Assembly (NCBI GenBank): GCA_010093605.1
Contig: MU004182.1
Span: 1,459,032 to 1,523,031 of the forward strand
Length of the DNA stretch: 64,000 bases
Source: Lophium mytilinum
Lineage: Eukaryota
Direction: 5' to 3'
In this document: piece by piece, positions 59,654 to 64,000 of the stretch
Numbering within the stretch: the stretch's first letter is position 1
Layout: every line of letters starts with the position of its first letter
The notes under the pieces: generated by a model
Databases searched by the model: none
The model's input: only the letters and a program-made list of their open reading frames with translations
What the model was told of the DNA's origin: nothing
Made by a program: the position numbers and the translations under genes

Positions 59654-61651
59654 CTTGATCTCCGTGAAGGTTTGCCGATTCTGGAGAAAGTTGTGGGTGC
59701 TGGAGAAAGAAGGGTGGTTATAGCGAGAAGATATATATTCTACATAGCTCCGTCAAGCCATGTGAATGTCACTGTCGCGTGGCCGCGTGTTGTGGCCGTG
59801 GTAGAGCCCGTCACCGGAGTGATGCAACATTTGAAGGTCCCTTCACTGTGCGACATGGAACGTGGACGTACCTCTACAGTGGCTGCAAGAGCTACGACAA
59901 CATTGCGATCTTCCGCTGGGTGGTCCACTTGGGGCGTTGCCGCTATCGGAAAGGGAGATAGCGCATCGCAACGGGCCGGACCTGTGACATCGCAAGGGCA
60001 TATGTAGCGAGGGCGCTGCTCCAGTGAGCTGGCAACGAAGCTATCTTGACGATAAGAGCAGCTCTAAACGCCGAAGATGAATATTCAGTATCCTAGGTAC
60101 CTATAGATGTAACATTGCGGGCTGCTTGGGATATGCTCTGGGGTATGTATGCACTACGCGCGACGCGTGGTGTTGGTCATGGGCTATCGCGCCCTGTAAG
60201 TCTTTGATAAAGTTGCATAGTATTCTCCCCTATACCTAGCTAGGTGTGGTGGAGTGCATGGAGAAGGAGCCTTTTGGGGATGGAAGAGAAATATATTAAG
60301 TGGCGTTTGATAGACAGCGCCCGAATAGTGGCGTTTGACCATACTGTTTGAATGCTGGTGATTTGGCCGGGGGTATGAAAGGGGCCTACAAAGGAACAAA
60401 CACGTAAGAAAAGCAGCTGATCGGGTTCTGCTGTGACGAGGAAGTAACAACACATTGATAGTATCACATATAGGTCCAGTTAACATGCTTTGTGCCTCGG
60501 AAACTGCCATTAGTATGAAAATGATGGTAACTGGAGGCATACCTCCAGCATACATTTGCTAGAGAACGAGTATCTCCTAAAACGTCGAACGTGACGAGCG
60601 GATAGAAAATGACTGCAAAGACATCCCTGCGAAGGGTCACTCGGGAAAAGACACACCTTTGTTGCCAGCCTTGTAGTACTAGACAAGGTCAGGAGATTAG
60701 CCGCCGGCGCTGCTCTAGAGGTGGGATAGGGAACCGGCTATTGGGTCCGTCTGGAGCCGTGAACCGGAGCATCATCTTGTTTGGCGGCATTTGCTGTGTT
60801 CATGCAGGGCATGCTGGTAAAAGTCTGGAGATGGTGTTAGGAGCTGCGGGTTACGGTAACGATCCGCAGGGCCGAGATGGAGCCCGGCAAGGCTGTAGGC
60901 GAGAGGAAGCGATAGGTGAGGGTGCAGTAGAGTTGCAGGTACCCGCCAGCGAAGCACATCTGGCCAATGAAATGTAAGGGTCGAAGCTATGAAGCAACAT
61001 TCATAGAAAGTGAAGGTTAATATAACCTTGGAAGACATGTTACACTAGCCATGCTATGCTCTGGTACTACCTAAGACGGAAGCAATCTCGTCTCCACGCT
61101 ATTCGAGAGCGACTTCAGGGGGCGAAGGTACGGGGGTCACTCCAGGAGGTTATCTCGACCCCGCGATCACGGGCCACATCTCGCAGCAACGGTATCGCGA
61201 TTACCTACCCACATAGCGTCGATAGCGATAGGCCAGGTGTCGGCACTTGGTGTCATCTGCCGCGGGTCACCAGGGATACGGGTCATCCGAGAGGTGCGGC
61301 AAGCGAAGGTAAAGGTGTTGGAGACAGTGAAGTAGGTAAGAACGCAACCGTCTTTGGAGATGAGATGAAAGGAAATTAGAAGTATAGGGCGGCGTGATGA
61401 GACGGGATGCACGGATGGTGGTGAGAGAGGAACCGAGGACTTGCAGTTTTGATGCTAGTGCCAGAGTCCGTGCGGGGACATTCACCAGGCCCCGGAGTCA
61501 CGCAGCCTTACACGTGCATCGTCCGAATACCGTAGCAGGAACGCCATTACGCCTCCCTCCCTCACACAACAGAGATATAGCGTTTGGGTACGAGGTCCTG
61601 AAAGCTCTTGAATACAACAAAAGTGTATATATATGCCACTATGCTGTCGTT

Positions 61652-62359
61652 CTACTTCAAATTCAACTGATCTATTCTTCTCTCCTTCACCACCCTCCTA
61701 TCCATATTCTTCTGCGTCCCACTCACCCTCCCCGGCCTATACTTCCCCCCATACAGTTTCGCAGTATCTGCCTCATCCCTCACCCACAAGATATCATAAT
61801 CGCTCTCTTCCGTCATCGCAGCGTCCCTCTCATTATGATACCCCTGAACTACTCTGATCCCGTACCCCTCCTTCTCATACCGTTCTTCAACCTCTTTCTC
61901 TAGTCTCATAGCGTTAATTCGGACTTGTGTGGCATTCAATTTTCGATTTGCTCGTGGCATGTGCATGTATATCGTGATTCGGTCCGGTGCTACGCCGTGG
62001 TCGCGGAGGTAGGCGAGGCCCATCGTGTCCGCGCCGCCGGCATTGGACATGATGAAGGTGTCGCCGTGTGCAATGGCTGTGTCGAGGTGTGATGCGTACT
62101 GTGTATGGAATTGGGCGGTCGTTATGTCGATGTGACCCGAGATGAAGGCGACTCGTGGCCGTCTGCTATTTGCTGGATCTTTTTGGGGTAACCCCGTCGC
62201 TGGTGATTCAAGAACTGGTCTTGAGTTTGATTGTGGAGATATGTTTGTTGATGAGGCTATAGCTTTTGGGGATGGTTGAACCGTTGATTTGGGCTGTTGG
62301 GGAGTGGATGGCCTTCCTTTGCCAGCGACGGCTGCCCACGAGAGCGGTTGAGACTCCAT
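61652..62359 (-). CDS. Putative SLOG-superfamily (YspA/DprA-like Rossmannoid) protein, intronless
   Basis: VAFISGH, GGADTMG, ERDAAMTEESDYDILW and SGTQKN follow the SLOG motif order, after a disordered N-terminus. Confidence 0.62.
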   Translation of the reverse strand: MESQPLSWAAVAGKGRPSTPQQPKSTVQPSPKAIASSTNISPQSNSRPVLESPATGLPQKDPANSRRPRVAFISGHIDITTAQFHTQYASHLDTAIAHGDTFIMSNAGGADTMGLAYLRDHGVAPDRITIYMHMPRANRKLNATQVRINAMRLEKEVEERYEKEGYGIRVVQGYHNERDAAMTEESDYDILWVRDEADTAKLYGGKYRPGRVSGTQKNMDRRVVKERRIDQLNLK

Positions 62360-63113
62360 TTGAAGAACGCGAAAGATGAAGGCAATCGTAAGTTCTTGAA
62401 ATGTTCACTCTTGACATCCCGTTGACTGTCGAATGGAGGCCATTCAGATATAAGTCAGATATTATGCGTGAGTCATCCAGCCACAAAGTTGACTCGTGGC
62501 TGTGCTGTAGGCATAGACATCTAGCACACGGGGCATAAGATCTATAGGTGACACGATTCTTTGAACCAGCCGTGCTGGGTGCGTATGCTACTGTTTGGTG
62601 TGCTTCAATGAGGTCCCCAGAATTTATTCGTGACGGAAGTTTCTCACTTTGGTCTTCACTGTTCTTCACTTTGAGCTATCTAACAAAACATTGAAACAGT
62701 CCAACCAGTGGCGTCAAAGCGTACACACAGGTGGGATTCCTATCACGTGCTACGCTTTCTCGCCGGGCGTGCCTGGGTAGTCCAATGAGTACACCGACCT
62801 TTCGAAGTCATAGGCCATCTTTAGTCCCTCAACTGAACCTTGCCTTACTCTATTGGGAGATTCTATGCAAAGAATTCTTGAAGAATACTGACTTCTAGAT
62901 CTCGGTGATCTCAATAGTGATGTTGAGATATGTCTTCATAGTGAAGGCGCTCACCGCATCTTGCAGGGCATACATCGTACGATGCGCACGTGTCTTAAAA
63001 ACTCTATCCGGAAATGACCATTCTGCCGGTACACGAAGTCCTCATGCGGACTACTTCTCTCTTCTCTCTGAAGTTGCATTCCTAACCCTCAACATCAACG
63101 TCAGTCTCCAAGG

Positions 63114-63509
63114 ATGGCTTTCCATCCTGGCCTCGGCCCAATCGGCACCCTCCGAACCTCCATCTTCCTCAGCTTCGCTTTCACGTCCATGGGCATCTTC
63201 ACCTTCGTCTCCCCTACTCAACCTAAAGTTTTCGGACTCCCCTCTGAGATCGCCACCCGGGTCTGGAGCCTCGTGAGTGTCCGCGACATCACCATGGGCG
63301 TGGCATACGGAGTCCTCGCGTGGCAGCGCAACTACGCCGGTATCAAAGCGCTGATAACTGCTCACGTTATCACTGGCGGCGTGGATGCGGCGACGGTGTG
63401 GAAGTATGGCGAGAAACCGAAGACGTGGGGCCACGCAGCTGGCACGACGGCGATGGCGGCCATTGTTGCGGGGTGGTGGTTGAATGGCAGAGAGGCTATC
63501 GAGTTTTGA
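63114..63509 (+). CDS. Small 4-TM membrane protein, DUF4267-like
   Basis: P...KVFGLP, VRDITMG, GGVDAATVW.YG, WGHAAGT pattern. Confidence 0.75.
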   Translation: MAFHPGLGPIGTLRTSIFLSFAFTSMGIFTFVSPTQPKVFGLPSEIATRVWSLVSVRDITMGVAYGVLAWQRNYAGIKALITAHVITGGVDAATVWKYGEKPKTWGHAAGTTAMAAIVAGWWLNGREAIEF

Positions 63510-63841
63510 GGAGAAGAGGGGATGCTACCTCACCGATATGTGAGGCTGCCGACAGGTATCGTCTTCCAATCCATATCGCTTTATTCTAGCACTGACCGGC
63601 CAGTTAACAAGTCAAAGGGAAAATCCACTGGTCCTCATCACCATTGCGCACACTCCAGTAGACCGACTAGGGGCAAATCCTTATTCTTTGCGGAGACAAT
63701 AGAGGAAATAGTCGAACGGGGTTCTAGAGGGGGTTGGTTTGGCTAGACGCGGTTGCGGATAGATGCTTGCTCAACTTTGGTTTAGCGGTAACTAGTCGTT
63801 GCTTTCGGTGTCATCCACGAATCAGATAACCAATCTTTATG

Positions 63842-64000
63842 GACGAGTCTAATTATCACCCCCCTTTTTGCTACGTATCACCCCCCTTTTCACTCCATAT
63901 CACCCCCCCTACTTTTGACTAGCTCCGGGCCCGTATTTACATTGTTCCACCAATCAAACTCACTCGCTTGGCCCTCTTGTGCTCAATTCGAATTCAATCA
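63842..64000 (+). repeat. TATCAC(C)n motif x3; possible terminus of a DNA transposon running off the window
   Basis: gacgagtctaat followed by tatcacccccc at ~63854, ~63876 and ~63898 (22-bp spacing). No partner inverted repeat inside the window. Confidence 0.35.

Noticed and set aside
60184..61500. Short ORFs between the chitinase and the SLOG-like gene
   Set aside because: No coherent exon chain or recognisable motifs; a decayed gene cannot be excluded.

Overview
Fungal (filamentous ascomycete, probably Dothideomycete-like) genomic DNA with short GT-AG introns. From 1 to ~28 kb it is a dense block of core genes: PPZ phosphatase, aldehyde dehydrogenase, NTM1/TAE1, MED8, MPDU1, RAD2/XPG, KMT6/EZH2, SPC105/KNL1 and WSS1. 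From ~28 to 64 kb it looks accessory: RING and F-box-like orphans, an NmrA plus Zn2Cys6 pair, two stray gene fragments, an amidase, a Dal5-like MFS permease, a GH18 chitinase, a SLOG-like protein and DUF4267. The ORF-less AT-rich block at 37610-53589 can be read by undoing RIP-type C>T/G>A changes by eye. It is a 15,980-bp Ty3/gypsy-type LTR element (166-bp LTRs, TG...CA, 4-bp TSD CCGC) inserted two codons after the catalytic Ser of the amidase. The element keeps gag, protease and integrase but lacks RT and almost all of RNase H. It carries an extra ~870-codon frame of unknown function downstream of integrase, and that frame is split by a full-length antisense Tad1-like LINE (14-bp TSD, (TAA)n tail). 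Protein motifs inside the element are manual de-RIP reconstructions, and ORF ends there are approximate.
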